Shown here in pieces: positions 1 to 9,022 of a stretch of DNA of 30,771 bases. Origin of the DNA: Patescibacteria group bacterium (GTDB taxonomy: Bacteria; Patescibacteriota; UBA1384; JAHJRZ01). Both the position numbers and the translations under genes were made by a program. Under the pieces are notes generated by a model that was not told the origin of the DNA, searched no databases, and worked only from the letters and a program-made list of their open reading frames with translations. The DNA is taken from NCBI GenBank assembly GCA_018830605.1, contig JAHJRZ010000057.1, positions 1-30,771 of the forward strand, read 5' to 3'. Numbering within the stretch: position 1 is the first letter of the stretch; the number at the start of each line of letters is the position of its first letter.

Positions 1-672
1 ACAAAGTTACTTCGCGCCAAGGATCAAATCCCCATGGTTCTCTACGGACATAGTTTTAAGCCAGAAAATCTTGAAGTTAAAAAAAATACTTTTATTAAAG
101 TCTTTCAAAAAGCTGGCTCTTCCAACTTAGTAGATCTTGAAGTTGATAAACAAAAACCGGTTAAGATCTTAATTCAGGATATTCAAACTGATCCGATATC
201 TGATGAGATTATTCATGCTGACCTCTACCGCGTCAGACATGATAGAAAGCTTCGCACCCAAATCCCCCTTCATTTCACCGGCAAATCTAAGGCAGTTGAA
301 GATAAAGAAGGCAATCTCATTACTCATAAGGATTCGGTTGAGGTTGAAGTCCTGCCAGATGACTTGATTGATGAGATTAAAATTGATATCTCCCCTCTCA
401 AAACTTTTGATGATGTGATTAAAGTTTCTGATCTTAAAATCCCCCCAACGATCGAGGTTTTAGATGAAAAAGAGGATATTGTCGCCAATGTCACTCCTCC
501 GCGTTCAGAAGAGGAGTTAGAGGCCCTAAAAGAAGAAGTGGAGGAAGACGTTGAGGCCGTTAAGGTTGAAAAAGAGAAGGAAATTGAAGGAGAAGAAGCC
601 CCAGTTGAAGGTGAAGAAGCTCCAACAACCGAAGAACAACCGCTGGCCGAGAATCAAGAACAAACAGAATAA
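1..672 (+). CDS. rplY: 50S ribosomal protein bL25/Ctc (5' end outside window)
   Basis: Frame is open from base 1 (TKLLRAKDQIPMVLYG). Motifs IQDIQTDPISDEIIHADLY and IPLHFTG; acidic low-complexity tail typical of long L25. Confidence 0.92.
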   Translation, partial: TKLLRAKDQIPMVLYGHSFKPENLEVKKNTFIKVFQKAGSSNLVDLEVDKQKPVKILIQDIQTDPISDEIIHADLYRVRHDRKLRTQIPLHFTGKSKAVEDKEGNLITHKDSVEVEVLPDDLIDEIKIDISPLKTFDDVIKVSDLKIPPTIEVLDEKEDIVANVTPPRSEEELEALKEEVEEDVEAVKVEKEKEIEGEEAPVEGEEAPTTEEQPLAENQEQTE

Positions 673-686
673 TTTGACTAATTAGA

Positions 687-1781
687 CTAATTTTGCCTAT
701 TAATCAATTGATCTAACACCAGCCATCTCCTCTTCTTCTCTGCCATTGACACATCATCTCTGAATTTTTTATCTGCCATAGTTCCTGATCGCGGAGAATA
801 GACCGAGACATAAGCCTTGTTAAAGCGGCATTTTTTAGCTAAATTGACCGTATTTTGAAATTCTTTTTTTGATTCTCCGGAAAATCCTACAATAATATCA
901 GTCGATATTTCAAGATCAAAAATCGCATTTCTCATTTTATCCACAAGCTTTAAAAATTCTTTTGTAGTATAATGCCGATTCATCTTTTGAAGTACCTTAT
1001 CATCTCCAGATTGCAATGGTAGATGAATTTGTTTTGATATTTTGGGTTCTTCCGCGATCAAATCAATCAGCTCATCCGAAAAATCCTTGGGATGCGGCGA
1101 CATAAAACTAATCTTAAAATCACCCGGTATCTTCACAAGTTGATTGAGCAATCCGACGAAACCGTTTGCCTTTAGCTGTCTGCTGGCAGCTGTCTGCTGG
1201 CAGCTATAGCTACAAACATTCTGCCCTAAAAGCATAATTTCCTTGTGCCCCTTTTTTACTAAACAACGGACTTCCTCGACGATCGCCCTTAAATCCCTCG
1301 ACCACTCCTTGCCTCGCGTATACGGCACCACACAATAGGAGCAAAAATTATTACACCCGGTCATTATCGGAATATAAGCTATTTTTTTATCCAAACGTTT
1401 TGGCTTTAATTCTAAATAATTCTTTTTTTTGTCCAGATTTGTCGGATCCAAGCTCTTTTTAACCCACCAACTAAAATCCTTGAGATCCTCAATTTTAAAA
1501 CAAAAATCAAATTTTGTCGTAAGTTTTTTCAAATCATTGGACAAAACACAGCCGGTTAAAATTCTTTTGGCTTGAGGGTTAATTTTCTGCCAAACTCTAA
1601 GTTTGCCCCAAATCCGATCAATCGGTTTCTGGCGCACCGAACAAGCATTAACAATTATCAAATCAGCTGATTTTTCATCGCCAGGATTTAGGCCGCACTT
1701 TTCTAAGACTGCCTCGATTCTTTCTGAATCAGATACATTCATCTGACAACCAAGAGTAAAAATAAAATAAGTCTTTAACAT
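687..1781 (-). CDS. miaB: MiaB-like radical SAM methylthiotransferase, no C-terminal TRAM domain
   Basis: UPF0004 motifs GCQMNVSDSE and NACSVR; CxxxCxxC (CNNFCSYC); STDIIVGF. Confidence 0.88.
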   Translation of the reverse strand: MLKTYFIFTLGCQMNVSDSERIEAVLEKCGLNPGDEKSADLIIVNACSVRQKPIDRIWGKLRVWQKINPQAKRILTGCVLSNDLKKLTTKFDFCFKIEDLKDFSWWVKKSLDPTNLDKKKNYLELKPKRLDKKIAYIPIMTGCNNFCSYCVVPYTRGKEWSRDLRAIVEEVRCLVKKGHKEIMLLGQNVCSYSCQQTAASRQLKANGFVGLLNQLVKIPGDFKISFMSPHPKDFSDELIDLIAEEPKISKQIHLPLQSGDDKVLQKMNRHYTTKEFLKLVDKMRNAIFDLEISTDIIVGFSGESKKEFQNTVNLAKKCRFNKAYVSVYSPRSGTMADKKFRDDVSMAEKKRRWLVLDQLINRQN

Positions 1782-1821
1782 AAAAAATTACCCTTTAAGA
1801 TTACACCAATTTTGAGAGAAA

Positions 1822-2982
1822 TCAAAGGTAAAAATCTGCTTCAAGCACGCCTTCATTGATCAACGAGATATTTCTATAGTAGAAGAATCCTGTGACCGGG
1901 GTCGCTTCCTGCTGAATCTCCACCCGGTAATTGCCCTTGGGAACATTATAGAAGATATACTCACCATTCTTGTCAGCTATAGTAGAATAGAGTTGGTTCG
2001 TCTCTAAATTAGTTGCTTTAAGCGCAATCTCTTCACTACCCAAAGGATCAATAATAATACGGTTAACCTTTCCTTTAATAAAGCCATGGCCAGCTAAGAG
2101 CGGATGTTTCTCTGTATCTTGGATATCAGCTTTGGAAACGAGAGTTAGTTCTAAAATATTATTCTGATGCGGGCGATTAAGCGCATAGATAAAATTAAGA
2201 TAGCCATCTTTTGAGGCCTCAATAATATAAGTATTTCGGGTCAAAGTTCCTAAATCAAAACCTCCTGCCTCATTAGTCTTAATCACTTGCAAGAGTGAGC
2301 CGTCAGCCGCTTTAAGAGCAATATCCGCCTCCGGGACTTTGGTTGTTTTGGCAGTGCCATCCTCATAAACCACGCCAGAGGCAGTTATATTGGCCAGTAA
2401 TCGATCCATCAACCTGTTAACGCCAGCATAATAATTAGGATTGGGATTGCCGGCATAAGTACGCAAGATACCATTAACATTGCCACTAAGATTATAATAG
2501 CTGTAATTGGCCAAGGTCACACAGATAGCGGCAAAACCATCTCCCCAATCATCAAAAGCGGCAAAATTCTGGCCAGCGCGATATGAGGAATGCCCAATTC
2601 CTAACTCTTCAAGCCGTCTATAAGAAATTTTGGTATTGCCCGGATTTTTATGGTGCATACCCACGCCTGCTCTACCGGTTGAGGAGTCAGCTTCGGCAAT
2701 AGCTAAGGCAAAGGCCGGGTTAACATTAAGCAGAGTGCAGTATTTAGCCATCTTATCCCCGGCTGAAACCGGAATATTGGGGTTAACGCTGTTTAAGTAA
2801 GTGCCAATCTCCGGACCAGATAGAGCGTCACCCTGGGTCAGATCATAAGGCGCGCGAGGACCAACATAATCAGCCAAAAGCTGTAATCCTCCTAAGGGAT
2901 AAAGCCAAATTAAAGCCCCTCCAATCAGGAGTACAAAAGATAAAATAACACTCACAAGAATAATTTTGCCCCTCTTTGACAT
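1822..2982 (-). CDS. Membrane-anchored lysozyme/glucosaminidase-like domain protein with two carboxypeptidase-regulatory/Cna-B-like domains
   Basis: N-terminal TM helix; NVNPAFALAIAEADSSTG, FAAFDDWGDG, YAGNPNPNY; two beta-sandwich repeats (TNEAGGFDLGTL; ADKNGEYIFYNVPKGNYRVEI). Confidence 0.6.
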   Translation of the reverse strand: MSKRGKIILVSVILSFVLLIGGALIWLYPLGGLQLLADYVGPRAPYDLTQGDALSGPEIGTYLNSVNPNIPVSAGDKMAKYCTLLNVNPAFALAIAEADSSTGRAGVGMHHKNPGNTKISYRRLEELGIGHSSYRAGQNFAAFDDWGDGFAAICVTLANYSYYNLSGNVNGILRTYAGNPNPNYYAGVNRLMDRLLANITASGVVYEDGTAKTTKVPEADIALKAADGSLLQVIKTNEAGGFDLGTLTRNTYIIEASKDGYLNFIYALNRPHQNNILELTLVSKADIQDTEKHPLLAGHGFIKGKVNRIIIDPLGSEEIALKATNLETNQLYSTIADKNGEYIFYNVPKGNYRVEIQQEATPVTGFFYYRNISLINEGVLEADFYL

Positions 2983-3125
2983 TTTGGTATTTAGCTTTTT
3001 ATTTTGAATTTCGACCTTATTTTTTGGGATTTGTGATTTGGGATTTGTGATTTCGCTATGATAATATTATACCATATCCGTATCAAAAAAACAAGCCCTT
3101 AATTCACGGTTTATTTTTATTTAAT

Positions 3126-3431
3126 TCAGACTCTTTTAAACTTATTCTCTAAAAGAATCAATCTTTTTTCCAGCACTACAAACTCATCCCGATCAACTTT
3201 TTGTTTGAGCTCATTTTTGATAAAAGAAATATCTGATTTCATTATTTCGATGTCTTTCTTTATTTCTCCAACCATCTCAAAAGTGGCATCGACCTTATCT
3301 TTAGTCATCTTCCAACCTTCAGCGATAATCTGAACCTCGTCCTTGAATGATTCGACTGCGACATCGAAATGTCTCTTTAGCTCTTTTGTCTGATTTTTTA
3401 ATCTTTTATCCAATTGTTTTTCAGTAATCAT
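3126..3431 (-). CDS. Small coiled-coil hypothetical protein
   Basis: 101-aa ORF with heptad pattern and its own -10 box (TAAAAT, 3441-3446). Confidence 0.7.
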   Translation of the reverse strand: MITEKQLDKRLKNQTKELKRHFDVAVESFKDEVQIIAEGWKMTKDKVDATFEMVGEIKKDIEIMKSDISFIKNELKQKVDRDEFVVLEKRLILLENKFKRV

Positions 3432-3587
3432 AGTATCTCTATTTTATATCGACCAAATTTATTGTCAAATTTAAAAAAATAAAAAAATAAATAATAAAAC
3501 CATTCTCCTTGACCAGTGCGGAGTTGATATATCTTTAAAATTAAGAGCGTGGCTACCACTAATCTCATCCACTAATTTCACTAATAA

Positions 3588-5345
3588 TTATTCGTGTTTT
3601 ATTTCCTTCTCCTTTATCTCGCTCGCCAGAATCTTCAATATCTCCTCCAATTTTTTTGAACCCAAATCCCCTTTTGCGTGGTGTCTAACTGAAACTGTGC
3701 CGGCTTTTTTCTCTTTCTCGCCAACAATGAACATATAAGGCACTTTTTCAAGCTCCGCGTTTCTTATCTTTTTGCCCAGAGATTCATTGGAATTATCTAA
3801 TTTAGCCCTAATTTCAGCCGATTTGAGCTTTTCGACAATTTCCTGTGCGTAATCATTAAATTTATCCGAAATAGGCAAAATCCGCACCTGTTCCGGCGCG
3901 ACCCAAAGAGGAAACAGCCCGGCATAGTGCTCAACCAAGATACCAATAAATCGCTCCAAAGACCCGTAAACAACGCGATGAATGACTACCGGGGTCTCTT
4001 CCCTGCCTTTTTCGTCAGTAAATTTCAGCTTAAAATTAAGCGGGATCTGAAAATCAAGCTGGATTGTCCCCATCTGCCATTCGCGCTCTAAAGAATCTTT
4101 CATCAAAATATCAATTTTGGGACCATAAAAAGCTCCTTCGCCTTTTTCGAGATGAAATTTCTTTTTGGTTTTTTCCAAGAGATTTTCCAAAATCTTTTCT
4201 GCCTTGTCCCAAGTTTTTTTATCGCCCATAAATTTTTCCGGCCGGGTGCCTAACCGATAAGTATACTCCAACCCAAAGACGGAATAAAAACGTTCCACAA
4301 TTTCAAAAATCCGTTGATACTCTTCTTCAATCTGATTTTCGCGGACAAAAATATGCGCGTCATCTTGAGCAAATTCACGAACTCGAAACAAGCCATTCAG
4401 TGTCCCGGATCGCTCGCAGCGGTGTAGTACATCACAATCAGAGAGTCGCAGCGGCAGTTCTTTGTAGCTGCGCTTGGCGGAAGCAAAGACAATCATGGCG
4501 TTAGGGCAATTCATCGGCTTCAAGCCATAGACTTCTTTTTCTTTGGTTTTAGCCATAAACATATCGTCTCGGTAATGATCCCAGTGCCCTGATATTTCAT
4601 ATAATTCCTGCTTATTGAGCAAAGGCGACTTTATTTCTTGATAACCAAGCTTCTCGTGCTCTTCGCGCCAAAATTCAAGAATGGTATTGTATAAAATTGT
4701 GCCTTTGGGTAAAAAGTAAGCCATCCCCGGCGCGCTCTCGTCAAAGAAGTATAAATCCAGACTCCTCCCCAGTTTCTTATGGTCTCTTTTTTTAGCTTCT
4801 TTTTGCAATTTAAGATAATTATCCAATTCCTTTTTAGTTTCAAAAGCCACGCCGTAAATCCGCTGCAGCATGGGATTGTTTTCATTCCCCCGCCAGTAAG
4901 CGCCAGCAATAGCTGTAAGCCGGAAGCTGTCAGCTGGCAGCTCTTTGGTTGACTCGACATGCGGACCAGAGCAAAGGTCGACAAAGTCGCCAGTTTTATA
5001 AATCGTAACTTGATTACTGTTTTCTGTTTTCTGTTTTCTGTTTTCTATCCCCTCTATCAACTCGACTTTGTAGGGTTGCTTTGCTTCGGCAAAAAACTTT
5101 TTGGCTTTGGCAACCTTGACTTCTTTAGCTTCAAATTTAATGTCTTTTTTGATAATCTGGCACATTTTCCCCTCAATAATCTCTAAATCTTCAGGAATTA
5201 GAGTGCGGGGCAGTTCAAAATCATAATAAAACCCATTCTCAATCACAGGTCCTATGCCGAATTTCGCTTCGGGAAACATCTGGTACACAGCCGCAGCAAG
5301 TATGTGAGCTAAAGAATGACGAATTGTATCTAAGTTTTTATTCAT
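3588..5345 (-). CDS. thrS: Threonine--tRNA ligase (short form lacking TGS domain)
   Basis: RHSLAHILA, DLCSGPH, RDHKKLG, KPMNCP, GAFYGPKID, HRVVYGSLERF. ATG at 5345 preferred over the track start at 5381. Confidence 0.96.
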   Translation of the reverse strand: MNKNLDTIRHSLAHILAAAVYQMFPEAKFGIGPVIENGFYYDFELPRTLIPEDLEIIEGKMCQIIKKDIKFEAKEVKVAKAKKFFAEAKQPYKVELIEGIENRKQKTENSNQVTIYKTGDFVDLCSGPHVESTKELPADSFRLTAIAGAYWRGNENNPMLQRIYGVAFETKKELDNYLKLQKEAKKRDHKKLGRSLDLYFFDESAPGMAYFLPKGTILYNTILEFWREEHEKLGYQEIKSPLLNKQELYEISGHWDHYRDDMFMAKTKEKEVYGLKPMNCPNAMIVFASAKRSYKELPLRLSDCDVLHRCERSGTLNGLFRVREFAQDDAHIFVRENQIEEEYQRIFEIVERFYSVFGLEYTYRLGTRPEKFMGDKKTWDKAEKILENLLEKTKKKFHLEKGEGAFYGPKIDILMKDSLEREWQMGTIQLDFQIPLNFKLKFTDEKGREETPVVIHRVVYGSLERFIGILVEHYAGLFPLWVAPEQVRILPISDKFNDYAQEIVEKLKSAEIRAKLDNSNESLGKKIRNAELEKVPYMFIVGEKEKKAGTVSVRHHAKGDLGSKKLEEILKILASEIKEKEIKHE

Positions 5346-5521
5346 TAAGTATATGGTACCAAAGAAACAGCTAAAATTCAAATCTAAAATTTAAAATGTA
5401 AAAACCACAATTAAAATTTTAAATTTAATCTGTGAATTTTAGATTTTATTTTTTAAATTTTAAATTATCCAATAATTTGGTTGACAACTCACCTCCCTTT
5501 GCTAAAATAATAATTGTATCC

Positions 5522-6037
5522 ATGAGAAAAACATATACTCTGTGGATTTGTTTCATTCTCGCGCTCTGCTTATTCTTTATACCTTTCTTAACCGCTCAAG
5601 CAATCAACGGCGAAGAGTTTGTGCTCGGCGAACCTGGAATTCTGCCGAACTCATTCTGGTATAACTTTGAGATAGTTAAAGAGCGAGTAGTTATTATCTT
5701 TACTTTTTCAAATCTTTCCAAGGCAAAAAAACTCTTGTCTTTATCCACAGAACGCGTTTCAGAACTAAATAAAATGGTTGAATTAGATGATATACCTAAT
5801 TCGCAAAAAACAATCAACCGTTATATTTCTGCGCTTAATGAGATGAAGACTAATTTAGACGACTGCAATAAAAATAATGGCAAGACCAAAGAACAGATAG
5901 AAAAATCAAGAATTGAAGCTACCTGGCAAGCAGAAAAAATTCTTGAGATCAAACAAGGCGCCCCTCAAGAATTAGAATCAGATTTGAATAAAGCAATTGA
6001 AAAAGCAACCGAAATTATAAATATGAAGTGCGATTAA
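5522..6037 (+). CDS. DUF5667-like secreted/membrane helical protein
   Basis: Signal peptide, then PGILPNSFWYNFEIVKERV...ERVSEL. ATG at 5522 follows a TTGACA-N16-TAAAAT promoter. Confidence 0.65.
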   Translation: MRKTYTLWICFILALCLFFIPFLTAQAINGEEFVLGEPGILPNSFWYNFEIVKERVVIIFTFSNLSKAKKLLSLSTERVSELNKMVELDDIPNSQKTINRYISALNEMKTNLDDCNKNNGKTKEQIEKSRIEATWQAEKILEIKQGAPQELESDLNKAIEKATEIINMKCD

Positions 6038-6060
6038 ATATAATTATTGTCTCATAGCAC

Positions 6061-6119
6061 TCAAAAACCCCACACATAACCCTTCGACAAGCTCAGGGTA
6101 AATAAGGAGGGGTTTTTGA
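6061..6119. terminator. Terminator-like inverted repeat enclosing a REP-like hairpin
   Basis: TCAAAAACCCC (6061-6071) / GGGGTTTTTGA (6109-6119), enclosing ACCCTTCGACAAGCTCAGGGT (6079-6099). Confidence 0.6.
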
Positions 6120-6180
6120 ATTAAAAAATCCCGTCAAACGGCATGCGTATACTTGCACATACAATTTGACGGGGTTGAGC

Positions 6181-7071
6181 TCAGAAGCCCACTTGGATTG
6201 TCTTGGGCTTAAGCCCCTTCTCTCCAGTGATGGCTTCCCATCCGATTGCGAAAGCAATCTTCAACCGGGCCTCATCGATCAAGTCCTGCACGTCAGCGGT
6301 ATCGTAGGTTCGGTCAGCGAATTGCCGACGCTTCTTGAGCGTTTCGAGGAACGCCTGGAACTGCTCATAGTCGGAGCCATAGATGTGAAACGAGTTTGCA
6401 TTGTGGACGTATTCGCCCACGCGGATTCGGCGACCGAGACGAGCAGAGACAGCCTCAGCAATCTCCCTCTGCAGATCAGTGAAGGCGTACATGTTCATCA
6501 GACCGGCCTTGAAGCCATCATTACTCCTGATGTCGATGTCCATGACAAGTTTGTCTTTGAAGACTCGACACCAGAGACGCTGCAGACAAGCCGGGTCGTG
6601 GATACCCGCGTCTTGCCATGCTTGCCAGATAACGGCTTGAGCACGACGTGTGTGCGGTGCGTCGACGAGCGCTTCAATGATGTAACCCATCTGGTCAAGC
6701 GGACTTTCGATTCCCGGAACCACGTAGGCCTTGAGTCGCTCGTTGTAGGTGTACTCCCACTTCCCTTCAGCCGGATTGATCCAATAGTTATGGATCCCCC
6801 TCACTACCTCCAGGCGATACTCCTCGAGCTCTTCAATGCCTGTTGGGATGGCTCTGTGGATCCGCGGCTCGGACATCGGCCTTTGCACAATCAACTGGAG
6901 CCGAATGTCACGAGAATTGGGGTCACCTTTCTGGTCATATTGGGTAGGAATCAGTGCCCCATGTTCCCAGCAGGCAACTATCGCTCGCTCCCACCCTCTG
7001 GCGATGTTTGGAGCCATCACCGTGACGACAGGACGAGCAATCCCCTTCTTGACAACCTGGACGTTCGACAT
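6181..7071 (-). CDS. thyA: Thymidylate synthase (ThyA family, archaeal/methanogen-like form)
   Basis: Catalytic PACLQ, RSND, Asn in GLMNMY, NSFHIY. SD GGAG and a TTGACA-N17-AATAAT promoter just past tRNA-Val. Confidence 0.82.
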   Translation of the reverse strand: MSNVQVVKKGIARPVVTVMAPNIARGWERAIVACWEHGALIPTQYDQKGDPNSRDIRLQLIVQRPMSEPRIHRAIPTGIEELEEYRLEVVRGIHNYWINPAEGKWEYTYNERLKAYVVPGIESPLDQMGYIIEALVDAPHTRRAQAVIWQAWQDAGIHDPACLQRLWCRVFKDKLVMDIDIRSNDGFKAGLMNMYAFTDLQREIAEAVSARLGRRIRVGEYVHNANSFHIYGSDYEQFQAFLETLKKRRQFADRTYDTADVQDLIDEARLKIAFAIGWEAITGEKGLKPKTIQVGF

Positions 7072-7178
7072 GTTCTACTCTCCCTTCTGCCTCGTGGGCA
7101 GGATTTTGTCTGTTAGATACACAAAAAGAGGGTTGCCCCTCTTAAAGATATTATTGAGAATAATCAAACTCTTGTCAA

Positions 7179-7250
7179 TGGTCACTAGAGGGGTTGAACC
7201 TCTGGCCTCCTGAATGTGAATCAGGCGCTCTGCCACTGAGCTAAGTGACC
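7179..7250 (-). tRNA. tRNA-Val(CAC)
   Basis: GGTCACT acceptor stem; anticodon arm CCTGA-TT CAC AT-TCAGG; T-loop GTTCAAC; CCA not encoded. Confidence 0.95.
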
Positions 7251-7254
7251 CTAG

Positions 7255-7330
7255 TGGGCCCGTGCAGATTCGAACTGCAGACCTCATCGATGTCAACGAT
7301 GCGCTCTGGACCAAACTGAGCTACGAGCCC
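7255..7330 (-). tRNA. tRNA-Val(GAC)
   Basis: GGGCTCG/CGGGCCC acceptor; CATCG-TT GAC AT-CGATG; GTTCGAATC. Confidence 0.95.
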
Positions 7331-7341
7331 TAAAAAACATC

Positions 7342-7791
7342 CAGCTGACAGCACCCAGCTACCAGCTAACAAACTACTAAATCATGATTCCATTTTTAGC
7401 TTTTGAGAAAATGATCCGAGCTGATTCTTCAAATCAAAACTATTACTAAGAAGAACTTCTTTAGTCTCCAAATCAATCAATTTTTCATCAAAAGCAACTT
7501 CAAGACAAGCGGCAACTTCATTAATTGAGCCTAACGCAATTTGAATATATCTTCGAAAATCTCTGTCAGATTCTTTACCAGAACCTTCGGCAATGTTTAG
7601 AATAACAGATAAGCTCGCTCTTTTCAACTGGTCTCCTAAATATAAAAAATTTCTTGGAAAAGAATTCGTTAAAATAACGCATTCGTGATGCAGTTCTTTG
7701 GCTAATTTATAAACTTTAAATTCGACAAAACGAAATTTATACATATTCCAAGCTATTAGCTGTAAGCTGTATGCTGGTAGCTGCAAGCTGT
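7342..7791. repeat. Inverted 7-bp-period arrays flanking four helix bundle gene 1
   Basis: Left (CAGCTNN)n 7342-7383; right (NAGCTGN)n 7750-7791. Confidence 0.8.
7382..7744 (-). CDS. Four helix bundle protein (23S rRNA IVP-like family)
   Basis: LGDQLKRASLSVILNIAEG, RYIQIALGSINEV. ATG at 7744; a GTG at 7795 overlapping the udk stop is in frame. Confidence 0.88.
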   Translation of the reverse strand: MYKFRFVEFKVYKLAKELHHECVILTNSFPRNFLYLGDQLKRASLSVILNIAEGSGKESDRDFRRYIQIALGSINEVAACLEVAFDEKLIDLETKEVLLSNSFDLKNQLGSFSQKLKMES

Positions 7792-7794
7792 CCA

Positions 7795-8439
7795 CTAAAA
7801 ATCAAATTTACCGCTAGTTAAATAGTCCCTAATTTTTGCCTCAAGAATCTTGACCGCCTCTCGGCTGCCGTGATTGGTATTGATCACCAAATCAGCATAC
7901 TTCTTCATCGGCACAATATAACGTTCCTGCCGGGGCTTGACTACATTCAAATACCAGTCAATCGTCCGCGCAATCGTCTCGACCGTCTGGCCGCGCTCCT
8001 TAATATCACGGACTAATCTTCTTGAGAGCCGCACATCGCCATCAGCAAAAAGAAAAACCTTATAATCCATCAGGTCGCGCAGTTTTTTAATATTGAAAGT
8101 AAAGATCCCTTCCAGAATAATTATAGTTGTTGGCTTGACCTTGATCTCTTCTTTAAGCCGAGAGTGGGTCTTAAAATCATAGACCGGAATCTGGACAGTC
8201 TTGCCGTTAATCAAATCTTTAAGATCATGCGCTAATTCCTTATTATCAAAAGCGGCTGGTTCATCATAAACCGCCCTCAACCAGCGCTCTTTTTTTAGCC
8301 GGCGGAAGACCTTGTAATAATTGTCCTGCGAGATAACGGTGATTTTTTCGCCAAAGATTTCTTTTAAGCTGTCAAGGACAAAGGTCTTGCCCGCGCCCGA
8401 GCCGCCGGTGATGCCGATGACAAAAGGATAAGGTTTCAT
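7795..8439 (-). CDS. udk: Uridine kinase
   Basis: GITGGSGAGKT P-loop, ISQDNYY, YDEPAAFD, YDFKTHSR, LSRRLVRDIKERG. Confidence 0.93.
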   Translation of the reverse strand: MKPYPFVIGITGGSGAGKTFVLDSLKEIFGEKITVISQDNYYKVFRRLKKERWLRAVYDEPAAFDNKELAHDLKDLINGKTVQIPVYDFKTHSRLKEEIKVKPTTIIILEGIFTFNIKKLRDLMDYKVFLFADGDVRLSRRLVRDIKERGQTVETIARTIDWYLNVVKPRQERYIVPMKKYADLVINTNHGSREAVKILEAKIRDYLTSGKFDF

Positions 8440-8443
8440 AAAT

Positions 8444-8920
8444 CAATTATCAATTAACATTTAACAATTAGCAATAAATTGGCAATTATTCAATTATCAA
8501 TTTATCTTTTTTCTTATTTCTTAATGAGTTAGTAATTTTTTGAAAAATCATTGTCAGTTCTTGGCACTCTTTCCAGAGTACTTTAATCTTCTCCCGTTTT
8601 TCTGGACAGCATTGGGCTAACATCCTCAACCAATGTTTTGTTTCTTGGCACTCTTTTTTACAGATAAATATTTTATTGGTAAAATCTCTTCTTGAGCAAG
8701 CGGCGTTTGCTTCCATGTAATTTGCACCTATACTTGTACCTGAACGGATAACTTGACTAATAATTGGTCTTTTAATGGCGTCTTGTTCTATCCCCTGACA
8801 TAGTTTTATGATATTCTCGCCAAATAAAGCAGTCCTCTCTTCAAGATCATTTTTGTTTGCTAATTGATTCATTGTTAATTTATTGAAAAATGATAATTGC
8901 TAATTGTTAATTAATTTAGC
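8444..8920. repeat. Inverted 7-bp-period arrays flanking four helix bundle gene 2
   Basis: Left (CAATTNN)n ~8444-8502; right (NAATTGN)n ~8861-8920. Confidence 0.78.
8486..8872 (-). CDS. Four helix bundle protein (23S rRNA IVP-like family)
   Basis: QVIRSGTSIGANYMEAN, KKECQETKHWLRML. Confidence 0.9.
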   Translation of the reverse strand: MNQLANKNDLEERTALFGENIIKLCQGIEQDAIKRPIISQVIRSGTSIGANYMEANAACSRRDFTNKIFICKKECQETKHWLRMLAQCCPEKREKIKVLWKECQELTMIFQKITNSLRNKKKDKLIIE

Positions 8921-9022
8921 AATTATATTTTAGCACATTTTAATATAAAACGAGCCCGCAAGACTTGGTGCGATGCAACTTGCACCAAATTCTTGGGGGC
9001 TCGGGGTGTTCTTGAAAATGGT

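Noticed and set aside
6121-6180. attC-like integron site after thyA (GCTCAAC follows the stop)
   Set aside because: No matching GTTRRRY end, no equivalent at the other hairpin, no integrase.
6166-7116. 316-aa plus-strand ORF
   Set aside because: Antisense shadow of thyA in a GC-rich gene; no motifs or RBS.
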